A stretch of DNA of 62,973 nucleotides, filler included, from Octopus bimaculoides (lineage: Eukaryota), in the NCBI RefSeq assembly GCF_001194135.2. It is 7 parts of 6 records of this genome, joined end to end, with 100 filler letters (N's around TTAATTAATTAA, not from the genome) between each part and the next. Parts side by side here need not be neighbours in the genome. Positions count along the whole stretch, not along the records: positions 3,180 to 24,625 come from NC_068982.1; positions 24,726 to 30,369 come from NC_068981.1; 5 more parts are not named here. One strand, given 5' to 3'. The notes under the pieces were generated by a model. That model was not told where the DNA came from, made no database searches, and was given only the letters and a program-made list of their open reading frames with translations. Positions within the stretch are counted from its first letter, which is position 1. Every line of letters begins with the position of its first letter. Position numbers and translations under genes: made by a program. Of the stretch, positions 13,532 through 26,573 are shown piece after piece.

Positions 13532-13800
13532 ACCTTCTGCTCCTTTTATTCTCCTTCTCTTCCTCCTCCTTTTCTTCCTCTTCCTTCTCTGCCTTCTCTT
13601 TCTTCTTCACATTCTCCTCCTCCTCCTTCTGCTCCTTTTCTTTTTCTTCTTCTTCTTCTTCTTCTTCTTCTTCTTCTTCTTCTTCTTCTTCTTCTTCTTC
13701 TTCTTCTTCTTCTTCTCCTCCTCCTTCCTCTTCATCTTCTTCTCCTTTTTCTTTTTTATATCCTCCTCCTCCTTCTCCTTTTTTATACATATCTCCTCGC
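13480..13800. repeat. Compound trinucleotide tract (TCT)/(GCT)/(CCT)/(TTC)n
   Basis: Seen directly; source of the spurious poly-E/F/S ORFs. Confidence 0.95.
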
Positions 13801-14121
13801 CCTACTCTTTCTCATTNNNNNNNNNNNNNNNNNNNNNNNNNNNNNNNNNNNNNNNNNNNNNNNNNNNNNNNNNNNNNNNNNNNNNNNNNNNNNNNNNNNN
13901 NNNNNNNNNNNNNNNNNNNNNNNNNNNNNNNNNNNNNNNNNNNNNNNNNNNNNNNNNNNNNNNNNNNNNNNNNNNNNNNNNNNNNTGTACGTCTTTCATA
14001 CTTCTGTCATTCTTTTACCCTCTGGTTCTCTCCTTCTGGTACCGTTTTCTCTTTATTCCAATCCTTTTTTTCTTCCTCGAAAGCATCCACTCACTCTTTT
14101 TCTCTTGCATAGTGCCTCGCC

Positions 14122-14171
<50 letters not shown>

Positions 14172-14260
14172 TTCGTCTCGCGCTCCTTGTCACTTCATGT
14201 GATACGATTGAACGATTTAAGAATCACAAACCAATAATTCTCTGTCTAAAACATCACCAT

Positions 14261-14311
<51 letters not shown>

Positions 14312-14945
14312 AATCATCATCATGGTTATCATCATTAACATTATCATTAACATTATCATCAATAATTATCGTTATAAATTTCCATCACTAACAGGTGCCC
14401 AACGATGAACCTCTGCATTAGCGGTCCCTAGCCTGGAGTACGCGAATACCTTGAATTCACCACAAGAGTACTAAGGTTCCGTGAGATGAGTTCAACATTG
14501 ATTGGGTAGACTGACCTTTCAAAATCCTGAGATCTGTGGGAAAAATCTTTTGAATAAAATGGTTCTTAGAAGAGTAAATAATGGGTACAAACATACTTGG
14601 TCACTTGGTTTGCTAGAAAGAATAACAATGTTGGATAATGTGAGACTCAGTTCTCTGTATATAATGTATGGGAATAGTCATCATGATAGAAGTTATACTG
14701 GGAATCGTGGTCTTTAACTTTGATCATAAAATTCTCCTCGATCACAAAACCAACAAACTCAAACATCACCACCGGAATTACAGTACTATTTATACCAGCA
14801 CCTCTAACACTACCATCACTTTAACTCTCCCTATCATAATAAATATGCACAGGACACAGACCCACTGCGCGAGGTACATCAATGTTATTGTTCGTAAGAT
14901 ATTTTCCGTCAAAAGTACTCTGCAAATGTTCATATATATACTGAT

Positions 14946-15123
14946 TTAAAATTTTGGCACAAAACCAGCAATTCCAAGGTAGGATGTAAGTCGACTACAA
15001 CGATTTCTAGTTCTCAACTGGTTGGCACTTACATTATCAACCCCGAAAGGATGAAAGGCAAGGTCAACTTCAGCGGAATTTGAACTCAGAACGTAATGAC
15101 GGACGTAATGCTGCTAAGTATTC
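14946..15123 (-). mobile_element. tRNA-derived SINE family A (5'-truncated)
   Basis: Core ATCAACCCCGAAAGGATGAAAGGCAAGGTCAAC and B box (GAGTTCAAATTCC on minus). Further single copies at 16354-16558 (-), 18778-18992 (-) and 36298-36512 (+). Confidence 0.85.
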
Positions 15124-15189
15124 AAAAATGTTCATTTTCATATACATGTATTATGAATTATTTGGGGCGACGGTATGAACCTGTACAAT

Positions 15190-15582
15190 GAATTGTTGTT
15201 GTTGGCACTCCGTCGCTTACGACGTCGAGGGTTCCAGTTGATCCGATCAACGGAACAGCCTGCTCGTGAAATTAACGCGCAAGTGGCTGAGTGCTCCACA
15301 GACACGTGTACCCTTAACATAGTTCTCGGGGATATTCAGCGTGACACAGTGTGTGACAAGGCTGACCCTTTGAATTACAGGTACAACAGAAACAGAAAAT
15401 AAGAGTGAGAGAAAGTTGTGGTGAAAGAGTACAGCAGGGTTCACCACCATCCCCTGCCGGAGCCTCGTGGAGCTTTAGGTGTTTTCGCTCAATTAACACT
15501 CACAACGCCCGGTCTGGGAATCGAAACCACGATCCTATGACCGCGAGTCTGCTGCCCTAACCACTGGGCCATTGCGCCTCCA
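15190..15582 (-). mobile_element. Full-length tRNA-derived SINE (family C), CpG-intact
   Basis: Minus strand GGAGGCGCAATGGCCCAGTGGTTAGGGCAGC..GTTTCGATTCCCAGACC head and (AAC)n tail. Decayed relatives at 10980-11060 and 40445-40755. Confidence 0.9.
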
Positions 15583-16139
15583 CGTGTACAATGAATATAT
15601 AAACAGAAAAGCCTTCCATTACAGACTGTTCTGTTTCGTAGACGGCATCTCTCATTAGGCAATGCACAAAAAGACATAATCCCTCTGTATAAAGCTATCA
15701 GTCTTGGAAAATTTTATATAAATTTATTATAAATGAAATTTTAGATGAATATTCCTCATATCGAACACATTTGTATCGAAATAGATGAAACTATCTTTTG
15801 AAGAAAAGCTGTTTTACTTCTGCGGTGCTATGAAGTGAAAGAATAAACTATGAGAGTTAACTTCTGATACATGGTATAAGGAAATATATGTTATTTCACA
15901 TCATAACAAATCTTTCGGTACAGAATATGTCGTTTTGGGCATGGCACTTTCCGTAAGGAGGTTTGCAAGACAGAATTATTCTGTAATCAGCAGTCTAAGA
16001 CTATCAGTTACATGGGTTATATATAAAACTACCTGGAACCAATGAAAGTATTGAAATTCAGATATTTTTGTATCCAACCAGAGGAAGCTATAATTTGTGG
16101 AAGAACTTTCTTAGTGTTCAACAAGGAATTACCATTCTA

Positions 16140-16220
<81 letters not shown>

Positions 16221-16938
16221 CTTATTCTTCAGTAGGATTTGAACTCACAACGTATAATCTCCACATTCCTTGATCAGCGGCAAGGATTCAGACACACAAA
16301 TGAGAACAATTAAGATATGAACGTAACAAAAGGCCTGTAGTGGACACGACAAAGTTTCAAATTTCGGCACAAGACCAGAAATTTCGGTAAAGAGCTAAGT
16401 CGATTAGATCGACACCAGTGCTCAACTAATACATATTTCATTGACCCTGGAAGGGATAAAAGTCAACCTCGGTTGAATTTGTACGCAGAATGTAAAGACG
16501 GACGAAATGCCGCTAAGCTTTTTCCCCGGCGTGCTGACGATTCTGCCAGCACGCTGACCTACACGATAAAGCCATATTAAAAAAAGAGAAATAAAGATGT
16601 TATACAATGAACATATCAATAATTAGTTGTAGTGAAAAGCCACAAAATAAACATAAGATTATATAAATCACAGCTAATAATAATGGAGAAAATGACAGAT
16701 ATTCGACTAAAACGTTTTGTTCTTTTCGGACTAAAAGGCCTTAAAAAGAATTACTCTACGTTTGTCATAGCTGTCAAGAGAATATTACAAAGAGTTCAGC
16801 CTGGAAAATCAAGATTTGCCTAAAAGTGATTGTTGTATTGAAGAGTAAAAATGGAATAAATGCGAAAAAAATAATTCAAAATCTTTAAGGAATTATTTAC
16901 CGACTTAAATGTTCCCTTCATTTTTATCAGGAAGATTA

Positions 16939-16996
<58 letters not shown>

Positions 16997-17391
16997 TGTG
17001 TATGTATGCACATATACTTACATACAAACATACGTACAAACATACATACATACATGTGTGTGTGTGTGTGTATGTGTGTGTGTGTGTAATGGATGCATTA
17101 AAAGAATCAGACAGAATAGGAAAAACGATAAGTCTTTCTTTAAGAAAGAAAAACAGTAACTGTCTACGATATACGAAAAGAAATAAATTGATAAATTGGT
17201 TGCTTTATTTTACTTTGTTTATTCAATAATTCTGTTCTTTTACAAAGACGTTCTTGTAATGACCATCCATCTTAGTTTGAAACATAATTAATCTAAGATT
17301 ATATTTCCTAATATATGCACCTACTTTCAAACTGGTAGCAGTGAGAATTTTCTAGCAAGTTTACAAAACGGCTCACTCATTGGCATCAATG

Positions 17392-17638
<247 letters not shown>

Positions 17639-17858
17639 TTTGCTATTGTTCTTTACCTGCCACTCTTAATGAGCAAACCTTTAACCAAAGAGCTGATCCA
17701 ACAGTGTCCATCCGTTCTTTTTATATACAAATTTCTATATATTTCAGAATGATATCCATGATTATATAACCAATTTCCATGCCTTTTCTTAAAACGGTAA
17801 GTAATCCGACGGAGATTAAACTACTATACCCTGCCGTCGTCGTTTTTGTTGCTCTTGC

Positions 17859-17894
<36 letters not shown>

Positions 17895-17924
17895 TGCTAT
17901 TGTTGTTTTGTAGTTATTAAAAAA

Positions 17925-18188
17925 ATTACATTATTTACATTTGACGGATATTTGTCCGCATCTTGTTTGTTGTTAACAACGTTTCGGCTGATATACCCTC
18001 CAGCTTTCATCAAGTGTCTTGGGCAAATTTTGAACCTGGGTTCTCATTCCTAAGGTATTTTTCGATGTTGTTATTATTATTATTATTCAGTAGTTTTATT
18101 TTTATAACGTGCTTTCACTTCACTACCGAGCGCAGCTCTGTGTGGCTTGGGTATGTGCTGTGGTTTGCTGTAATGCTCTTATGGTTAC

Positions 18189-18228
<40 letters not shown>

Positions 18229-18310
18229 CATTATTCAGGTCACTACCTGGAATCGAACTCAGAATCTTGGGGCTAGTAGCCCGCGCTCTTAACCACTATG
18301 CCATATGCCC
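17925..18310 (-). mobile_element. tRNA-headed SINE with (AAT)n spacers and a hammerhead-bearing 3' module
   Basis: Head GGGCATATGGCATAGTGGTTAAGAGCGCGGGC..GAGTTCGATTCC (A and B boxes), (AAT)n, middle module, (AAT)n, then ACAC-TTGATGA-A-AGCTG..CAGCC-GAAACGTT (17975-18017). Confidence 0.85.
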
Positions 18311-18312
18311 AC

Positions 18313-18342
18313 GGGCATTCCGAGTTCGATTCCCAGCAGTGA

Positions 18343-18413
<71 letters not shown>

Positions 18414-18557
18414 TCGAAAAATACCTTAGGAATGAGAATCCAGGTTCAAAATTTCCCCAAGACACCTGAAGAAGAAGGCTGGAGGGTATATCAGCCGAAA
18501 CGTTGTGTTAACAACAAACAAGATGAGGACAAATATCCGTCGAATGTAAATAATGTA
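18313..18557 (+). mobile_element. Second, inverted copy of the hammerhead SINE (A box and middle module deleted)
   Basis: GGGCAT|TCCGAGTTCGATTCCCAGCAGTGACCTG-(AAT)n-ATCGAAAAATACC..GTAAATAATGTA is the reverse complement of the neighbouring copy. Confidence 0.85.
18461..18509 (+). ncRNA. Minimal type I hammerhead ribozyme motif (3-nt slippage insertion in this copy)
   Basis: GACAC-CTGAAGA-AGAA-GGCTG-gagggtatat-CAGCC-GAAA-CG-T-T-GTGTT. Stem I is ACAC/GTGT, stem II is GGCTG/CAGCC and stem III is the palindrome AACGTT. Confidence 0.65.
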
Positions 18558-19910
18558 TTAGAATGCTTCTCTATCACCAGCCACGGGTAAATAATATTTA
18601 GAATTTACAGGGTAATTTTTTTTTTTTACGTACTGTAGCACTTAATAATTTTTAAATATGAACATTTAGGTACTTAATATTCATATTTGTTGTTCACAAT
18701 TTTTCAACACCTTTGTTTCTGTGTCTCATGTTCTGCATATCATACTTAGTACCAACACCGTAAATATATATATAATATTGGTTTCAAATTCTGGCACAAA
18801 GCCAGCAAGTTCAGGGTAGGATGTAAGATGATAATATCAAACCCAGTGCTCAACTGGTACGTATTTTATCGAACCTGAAAGAATGAACGGCAAAGTCAAC
18901 CTCAGCGAAATTTGAATTCAGATCGTAAAGACGGAAGGAATGCTGCTAAGCACTTTGTCCGGCGTGCTAACGATTCTGCCAGCTCGCTGCCTATAAATAC
19001 ATATAACATTAACGCCACTCATTGATTAAGTTAGGTAATTAATTGAAATGGACTTTCTTTTTCTTATTTCTATATTTTAACGAGGATAGACTACATTATA
19101 TACGGTGAAACTTTCCTAATTGAAAAACGCTGTGGGACGACTGTAAGGCCTTTGCTCATCAGGTCTTAAGTGACGTAAGACATTATCACCATCGTAATCA
19201 TCATCATCAACAAGAATAACAACATCAGGAACAGCAACATACAGATATCAATGAGTCAGTTCTTACGCAGCAGTCTGACTTACTAGAAATACCAGCCAAA
19301 TGTCACTCAAGTCATACATTCAGCGTGGAAGGAAACAGTTTATCCTGTTCTAGACATACTACATCATAAAAATAAAGATTTCATTGAAGAAAAATTAAAT
19401 CCGATTGCAAAAAGACATCGCTACTTTTTCCTTCCTGTACATGAAAGACATTTTTCTTTCTAAAACGATATTTGTTTCCTGTTTGACTTCTTCCTTTAAC
19501 AGATCCTATATATTTTTTATATCTTATTATTTTCTTATGTTCTTCTTAGAATGAATAGAATATTTAAGTTGGTTAATAATTCCTTAAATAGTTCAATTTT
19601 TAAAGATTTTATTTATTCCATATTTTACTCCTCAATGCAGCAATCACTTTTACGCAAATCCTAATTTCCTAGATTGAAATCTTCGAAATATTCTTGTGAC
19701 AGCTATGAGAGACGTAGCGTAATTATTTCTAAGGTTTCTTTAGCCCGAAAAGAGCACATTTTAGTCTTAGTCTTTTTAAAACATCATTATTGCTGTTTAT
19801 GTCGATGATATTATTATTTTTTTACGGTAGAAATCATTATTAAAAAAAGATATTAGAAATTAACTATTATTAGTAGTAACATTTCTATTATAAGATCAAG
19901 AACCATTCTT

Positions 19911-20011
<101 letters not shown>

Positions 20012-20506
20012 CATCATCATTATTCAACCAAGCCCAGATTTTTCTTCTACATGCNNNNNNNNNNNNNNNNNNNNNNNNNNNNNNNNNNNNNNNNNNNNNN
20101 NNNNNNNNNNNNNNNNNNNNNNNNNNNNNNNNNNNNNNNNNNNNNNNNNNNNNNNNNNNNNNNNNNNNNNNNNNNNNNNNNNNNNNNNNNNNNNNNNNNN
20201 NNNNNNNNNNNNNNNNNNNNNNNNNNNNNNNNNNNNNNNNNNNNNNNNNNNNNNNNNNNNNNNNNNNNNNNNNNNNNNNNNNNNNNNNNNNNNNNNNNNN
20301 NNNNNNNNNNNNNNNNNNNNNNNNNNNNNNNNNNNNNNNNNNNNNNNNNNNNNNNNNNNNNNNNNNNNNNNNNNNNNNNNNNNNNNNNNNNNNNNNNNNN
20401 NNNNNNNNNNNNNNNNNNNNNNNNNNNNNNNNNNNNNNNNNNNNNNNNNNNNNNNAAATGTCGAACGATGAAGATGAATGTTCAATACTGCATTGGTGGA
20501 AATAAA

Positions 20507-20550
<44 letters not shown>

Positions 20551-22208
20551 CTCTCGATAAGGTCGCGGAGGTATGCAAACATCATCTTGGCTCTTGTGTT
20601 GTAATGTTAGATTGTGATCCGATAATTAAATGAGCACTGAAAGTTGTACTGATGATGAGAGGTCGACCTGAGGAATACTTGATATAAAATATTCTTATTC
20701 ACTCGCTTTCTACATTTCATATTCGGAGTTAACACAGGATTTTTATGTCGGTCGTTCAACCTATTTATTACAAACCGTAGAAAAGTTATCTCTCAAATCA
20801 AACCCCAACGTTTCGTCCTAATTAAAGATAGATCGATCAATGTAATAATGGCTGATTCATAAAAGGACGGTATGGCCGTTATATTTGAGGTCATGAGTTT
20901 TCTCGAATAAAGCGGATCTGGGGCTAAAAATTTCACATTATTTCCGACTTCTACCTTTTTGCTTTTCTTTTGCTCTGTCTTTCTCTCTATCTTCACGTGT
21001 TTCTGCCATTAATTATCTCTCTGTCCCTCTCTCTTTTTTTCTTTCTCTCTCTTTCTCTCACTCTCTCTCTCTCTCTCTCTCTCTCTCAACAATCTCTCTT
21101 TTTCATTCCTTTTCTCTCTTCCTTCTCTCTCCCTCATCCTTCTTTTTCTTCTTTCCCTTTCTCTCTTTCCTGTGTCTTTCTTTCTTCTTTCCCTTTCTTT
21201 CAGTCCCTTTACTTATGTGTTCTCACGCATTTCTGCCTTTAATCGTCTCCCTCTCTCTGTCCCTCTCACGCTTCTGTCCTCACTCTCTTCCCTATCTCAC
21301 TCATTTCACTCTTCTTTCATGTCTCTCGCTCACTTGTCTCCCTCCTCTCTCCTCTCTCTCCCCCTTCTCTCTCCCGCCTCTCTCTCCCCTTCTCTCCCCA
21401 TCTCTCCCCCTCCCTCTCTTTATCACGTATTCTTAGCTGCATACCATATTGGCATTCTTTCCTTTAATGTTTCCTATTTGCAAATTTCTGCTTCCTTTCC
21501 GCAATCGGCAAACCTAAAACGTAATGGAAACTTGTCACACGATGACAGCCACATTACGACAGCTAGCAGTTTCGGTAGGATAATTACACTATAGAACCCT
21601 GCAAGTATCTCTTCTCAGCTTTTCATTAATAGCAATTAGCTGATGGCTTTGGGTCTGCCTGCCTGTGCTCGATGTATCATTGCTTCACATATCGTACAAA
21701 ATAACCACTAAAACGTCCTATTATGTCAGTATAAGATGCTTTATCGACTTGGATGGTTTCTAAAATATTTAGGTTTTATGCTTCTTTCTGCTGAATGTTA
21801 AAACGGCAAATGGACACGTGGGAAAGGGTTATTAATCTAGAAAACACCTAAATCTGTATATGGGTACATATACGTGTGTGCATGTATAAAGTATGGGTAT
21901 GTATGTATACATATATATAGTGTTTTATAAGCTTAAAGCTTATAGGTAATCACCGTGCAATGACTAAAGAAAGTAGTCTAATAATGGAGCACATAAGCCC
22001 TCGTCGGAACAAAGTAGGTTTTCCCGTACGCGTGTGACTCGAATCCACCTCTTTTCCGTGACATGTGTACTAACCATACACACCAACGTGCAACCGTTTA
22101 TGTGCATGTGTGTGTGTATATATACATGAAAAAATATATATAAATAAATATGTATATGTATACGTATGTATGTATGTATGTATGTATGTATGGATCTATC
22201 TATCTATC

Positions 22209-22243
<35 letters not shown>

Positions 22244-22535
22244 NNNNNNNNNNNNNNNNNNNNNNNNNNNNNNNNNNNNNNNNNNNNNNNNNNNNNNNNN
22301 NNNNNNNNNNNNNNNNNNNNNNNNNNNNNNNNNNNNNNNNNNNNNNNNNNNNNNNNNNTATATATATATATATATATCTTTTACCTTTTCAAATTTTATT
22401 TGTTTCAGGCATTAGTCTTTATTTAAGACTTCGCACTTATTTTGCTGGTCTCTTTTCTTGAACTCCTTAGCTACGGCGACGTAAACACACCAACACTGGT
22501 TGTCAAGCGGTGATGGTGAAAGACACATACACAAA

Positions 22536-22573
<38 letters not shown>

Positions 22574-22826
22574 GGATTATTCAAAAAGAATGAACCGATT
22601 TCATTACGATTTCATTTTAATAAGGAAAAGCAATAGAAAACTCCAGCTAAGTCACAAGTATTTACTCACAATCAACTTTTATTTCCTGTCTTACAAGTAA
22701 GTGTTAAATGTGGCCACCACCTCCAGAGCGGGCAACCCCCTATGCGATAAGAGAATTCCTTCTAGATGCGTATCAGCATATCATGATCCGCTGACTTGAT
22801 CGCTGTTGTTATTTGATGTTGAAGGT

Positions 22827-23117
22827 CATCGAGGTTGGTGGGTAGCGGTGGAGTTTTCTAAGATTTGAATGGCTAAGTTTTGAATATTCTCAGAAGAGGG
22901 TGAATTTATGTCGAATCGCCTTCGAAAAGCATGCTGCACCGTGACAACCGAATTTGTTTTCGCGAACTCGAGAACGCAGAACGCATTTTGCTGAGGACTC
23001 GCCATTCTGAGTGTAAATAAACAACTGAAAGTTGCTGGAAGAACGACGCAACTACAGCACCCCTGTGGCAGCCATTCAAAACATAGAAAACTCCATCACT
23101 ACCCACCAACCTCGATG
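22827..23117. mobile_element. MITE-like element with about 48-bp terminal inverted repeats
   Basis: 22827-22874 (CATCGAGGTTGGTGGGTAGCGGTGGAGTTTTCTAAGATTTGAATGGCT) is the near reverse complement of 23070-23117. Confidence 0.75.
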
Positions 23118-23123
23118 GCAAAG

Positions 23124-23515
23124 TGCTTAGCAGTATTTCGTCCGTTTTTACTTTCGGAGTAAAATGCCGCTGAGGTCAACTTTGCCTTTCATCTTTTCAA
23201 GGTCGATAAAATAAGCATCAGTTGAACACTGAGGTTGATATAATAGACTTACTTCCAGCCTCGAAATTGCTGCCCTTCTGTTAAGTTTTAGAACAGGAAG
23301 GCTGTGAATTAGCAGAATCGTTCGCACGCCGGGCAAAATTCTTAGCGCCATTTCGTCCGTCTTTACGTTCTGAGTTCATATACTGCCGAGGTTGATTTGC
23401 CTCTCATCATATCGGGGGCGATAATATAAGTACAAGTTGAATACTGGGATCCATGTAATCGACTTACTCTCTCCCCCGAACTTGCTGGTCTTGCGCCAAT
23501 ATTTGAAACCAGTAT
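23124..23515 (+). mobile_element. Head-to-tail dimer of SINE family A
   Basis: Two consecutive copies (23124-23295, 23296-23515), each with the GGTC(A/G)ACTTTGCCT..CATC..GGTCGATAA-type core. Confidence 0.85.
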
Positions 23516-24743
23516 AAATAGACAAGCCATGGTTTCAACTATAAAATAATACAAAGACATTGAGTGTTAAATAAGGCTATTCTTGTATTGGTTTAACTTG
23601 TTTCAGTCACTATTTTAGTCCGAACGCATATTCTGGGACCAAACAAATAAATCTGAGGTCTAAATGGACATTTCTACTATTCATTATTATTCACGCATAT
23701 AAAGGGTGGTGGATATACCGAACATATCACCATAACAGCGTGTACAATTTTATCACAGACGGCGGTGATATTTTTGATTCCTTTGCAAGTGTGTTTTAAA
23801 TTTGTTGAAATGTAAGTAAACCTTTTGTTGAAACAAAATCAGCCATTAATCAATCAATAAACCAAGCTCTCACTATCTATATTGCATATCGATTTTCGCT
23901 GTTGAGACCCCCTAAGGAATAATGGCTTAATTCTGTCTCACTCCTGGTGTGCAAGCATTGAAAATATAGAGCTTTTAGTCTTCGGGAGACAAAGCTATTT
24001 TCCAACGAAACAAATATACACAGAAACATTTATTAACGGAGGAAAAGCAATTTTCACGTTAACATCAAACAGATTTTTAACTGCAACATCATAAAAAATA
24101 TTTTTCAGTAAAACGCTTTCAGGTAAAACCGAATGCAGTTGACTATTTCGCTAGACTGATTACGTTTACGTTTCTGTTGGTTATACTTCTTTATTTATCA
24201 ATTTATTTGATTAATTTCCATTCCATGTTACCAAAGTATCATTGTAAAGAATTTTTATAGCCAAGAGGAAATGGAAAGTTTTACTTTAAATCGCCATTAG
24301 ATATCTAAATAAGTAGTAAGCGATGATTTTGCTGACATTTGTGACGATACCATTGTCAGTTTTATGACATAAGTTGGCGTCCATGAATATAAAACAGCGA
24401 AATTTTACAGGGCAAAATGGAAAGAATACGAAATGGTAATAGAAAGGGAAAAATTGATTTTGTTAAATAAAACGTTAGCAAAGAGAATCAAAACCAGTAA
24501 TTCAAAAACAGAAAATTCTCTGCAGATTCAATTTTCATTAACTATATACATACATAGATACATACATACATGCATACTTACAGTGTATATATATATATAT
24601 ATATATATATGCATATATATATATANNNNNNNNNNNNNNNNNNNNNNNNNNNNNNNNNNNNNNNNNNNNTTAATTAATTAANNNNNNNNNNNNNNNNNNN
24701 NNNNNNNNNNNNNNNNNNNNNNNNNGTATGCAAAACGTTAGAG

Positions 24744-25077
24744 CAGCGATTCCCAACCGGGGTCCACAGAAGATTTAAGGGGGTCCACAGAAGATTTAAG
24801 GGGGTCCACAGAAGATTTAAGGGGGTCCACGAGTAAACAATTTTTGGGTCCATATATAAATTTTGTTTACTAGGAGAGGTACCTGTATTTATTGAAAATT
24901 TCAAGATTTGTTTTTGGAATCTATGTTATGAATATAACGAAATTGTTTCATTGTTAGTTTTTACTAACCTACAAACAAGTATTTTATTTCAAAAATTTAC
25001 ATGTGCATATATGGGGTCCACAGATGATAATATAGCTCTCAGGGGGTCCACAAGAAAAGTAAGGTTGAGAACCCCTG
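24744..25077. mobile_element. hAT (Charlie-like) MITE with perfect 8-bp TSD
   Basis: TIRs CAGCGATTCCCAACC / GGTTGAGAACCCCTG; TSD CGTTAGAG at 24736-24743 and 25078-25085; internal 21-bp tandem repeat GGGGTCCACAGAAGATTTAAG x3. An older related end lies at about 25150-25251. Confidence 0.9.
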
Positions 25078-25544
25078 CGTTAGAGAATGAAACCTAGCTG
25101 TTTCTTGCAATAAATACATCAAAGTCAAAATTTCTTCATAAACCCTTAAAATACTACTGTGGATCCCCAATTCAGTATTTTGCTTGTGTGGACCCCCAAA
25201 AATCTTATATGGACTCCCATAGATTATACGGACCCCAGGTGAGAACCAATGCCCTAGAGGTTTTTGCCCACTCGTTGGTTTATTTACCAATGCAGTTATC
25301 CGTTACGGTAACTAAATTCAAACATATATTCTTTATTTCAAATTCAGTTTGCTTAAACAAACATTCACATCTACCTATCATCCAATCTCTATCTCTCTCT
25401 CTTTCTCTCTCTATATATAAAACTACATATTCTATGTATGCATGTACGTATGTTTCTTTCTGTCTGTCGATCTCTCTATTTATTTCTGTATATATGTGGT
25501 GTGTATGTGTGTGTGTGTGTGTGTGTGTGCGTGCGTATGTAGAT

Positions 25545-25629
<85 letters not shown>

Positions 25630-25718
25630 TGCATATATATAAACATATACATAAATATATATATGCATATCTATGCATATATATATGTTCATATATGTAT
25701 ATACGTCGGTATACACAC

Positions 25719-25764
<46 letters not shown>

Positions 25765-25774
25765 NNNNNNNNNN

Positions 25775-25815
<41 letters not shown>

Positions 25816-26327
25816 ACTGCAAGACGCACGCCATAGTGGAAATGAGGCAGTAGAAATGTTGTCATTGAAACGCTTTAATGCCGGACTTCAAAGCTGGTCC
25901 CCACCAAACAGCATGTCTAATATAAGATATCTTATCAGAGGTTTTGCCTCACTGAATTAAAATAACCAAAGATAGATTGAAGGAACTAAAATGGCAGTCT
26001 TTCATTGCCAACGTTATGTAGTTAGGTATTACTATTTACGCACGCACGCAAAGCACAAACACACAGGAAGTGAAATATAGTACGGTTAACTTCCTAAATA
26101 ACGTCAACCTCGGTGATTTGAGTTGTTTTATTGTGACGTTTCCGTTATCTAGAAAGTTAAGTTTTGAAAAATGCTTATTACGTGAATAAATGGGATACAG
26201 TATTTAGCTGAGGCACTGTTAAAATGAATACCTATTTATTAGCTGCTAAATAAGCAGCAGAACAATTAGAGCAAAATAAATAATTAAGTAAGTAAATAAA
26301 TAGATAAATAATAATTAATCTTTCTGC

Positions 26328-26526
26328 TATAGGCACAAGGCATGAAATTTGGGGTGGGGAGGACTAGTCGATTACATCGACCCCGGTGTTTTACTGGTAC
26401 CTAATTTATCGACCCCGAAAAGATGAAAGGCAAAGTCGACCTCGGAGGAGTTTAAACTCAGAGGTAGACGAAATACCACTAAGTATTTCACTCGGTGTGC
26501 TAACGATTCTGCCAGCTCGCCGCCTT

Positions 26527-26573
<47 letters not shown>

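Noticed and set aside
13422-13790. Poly-E/K acidic ORF; also poly-V/S/G, poly-H, poly-D and CV/HT-rich ORFs elsewhere
   Set aside because: Direct translations of microsatellites with no complex sequence or splice context.
14510-14535. 18-nt minus micro-exon candidate (CCCACAG|ATCTCAGGATTTTGAAAG|GTCAGT)
   Set aside because: Good splice sites, but no supporting partner exon or homology; in phase 0 it contains a stop.
16030-16100. Minus-strand IASSGWIQKYL resembling the pogo/Tigger F.AS.GW motif
   Set aside because: A single short motif with no other transposase features or TIRs.
24760-24830. Regular 21-bp repeats resembling a CRISPR-like array (also 20-bp units at 61757-61808)
   Set aside because: No unique spacers; simple tandem slippage inside eukaryotic transposons.
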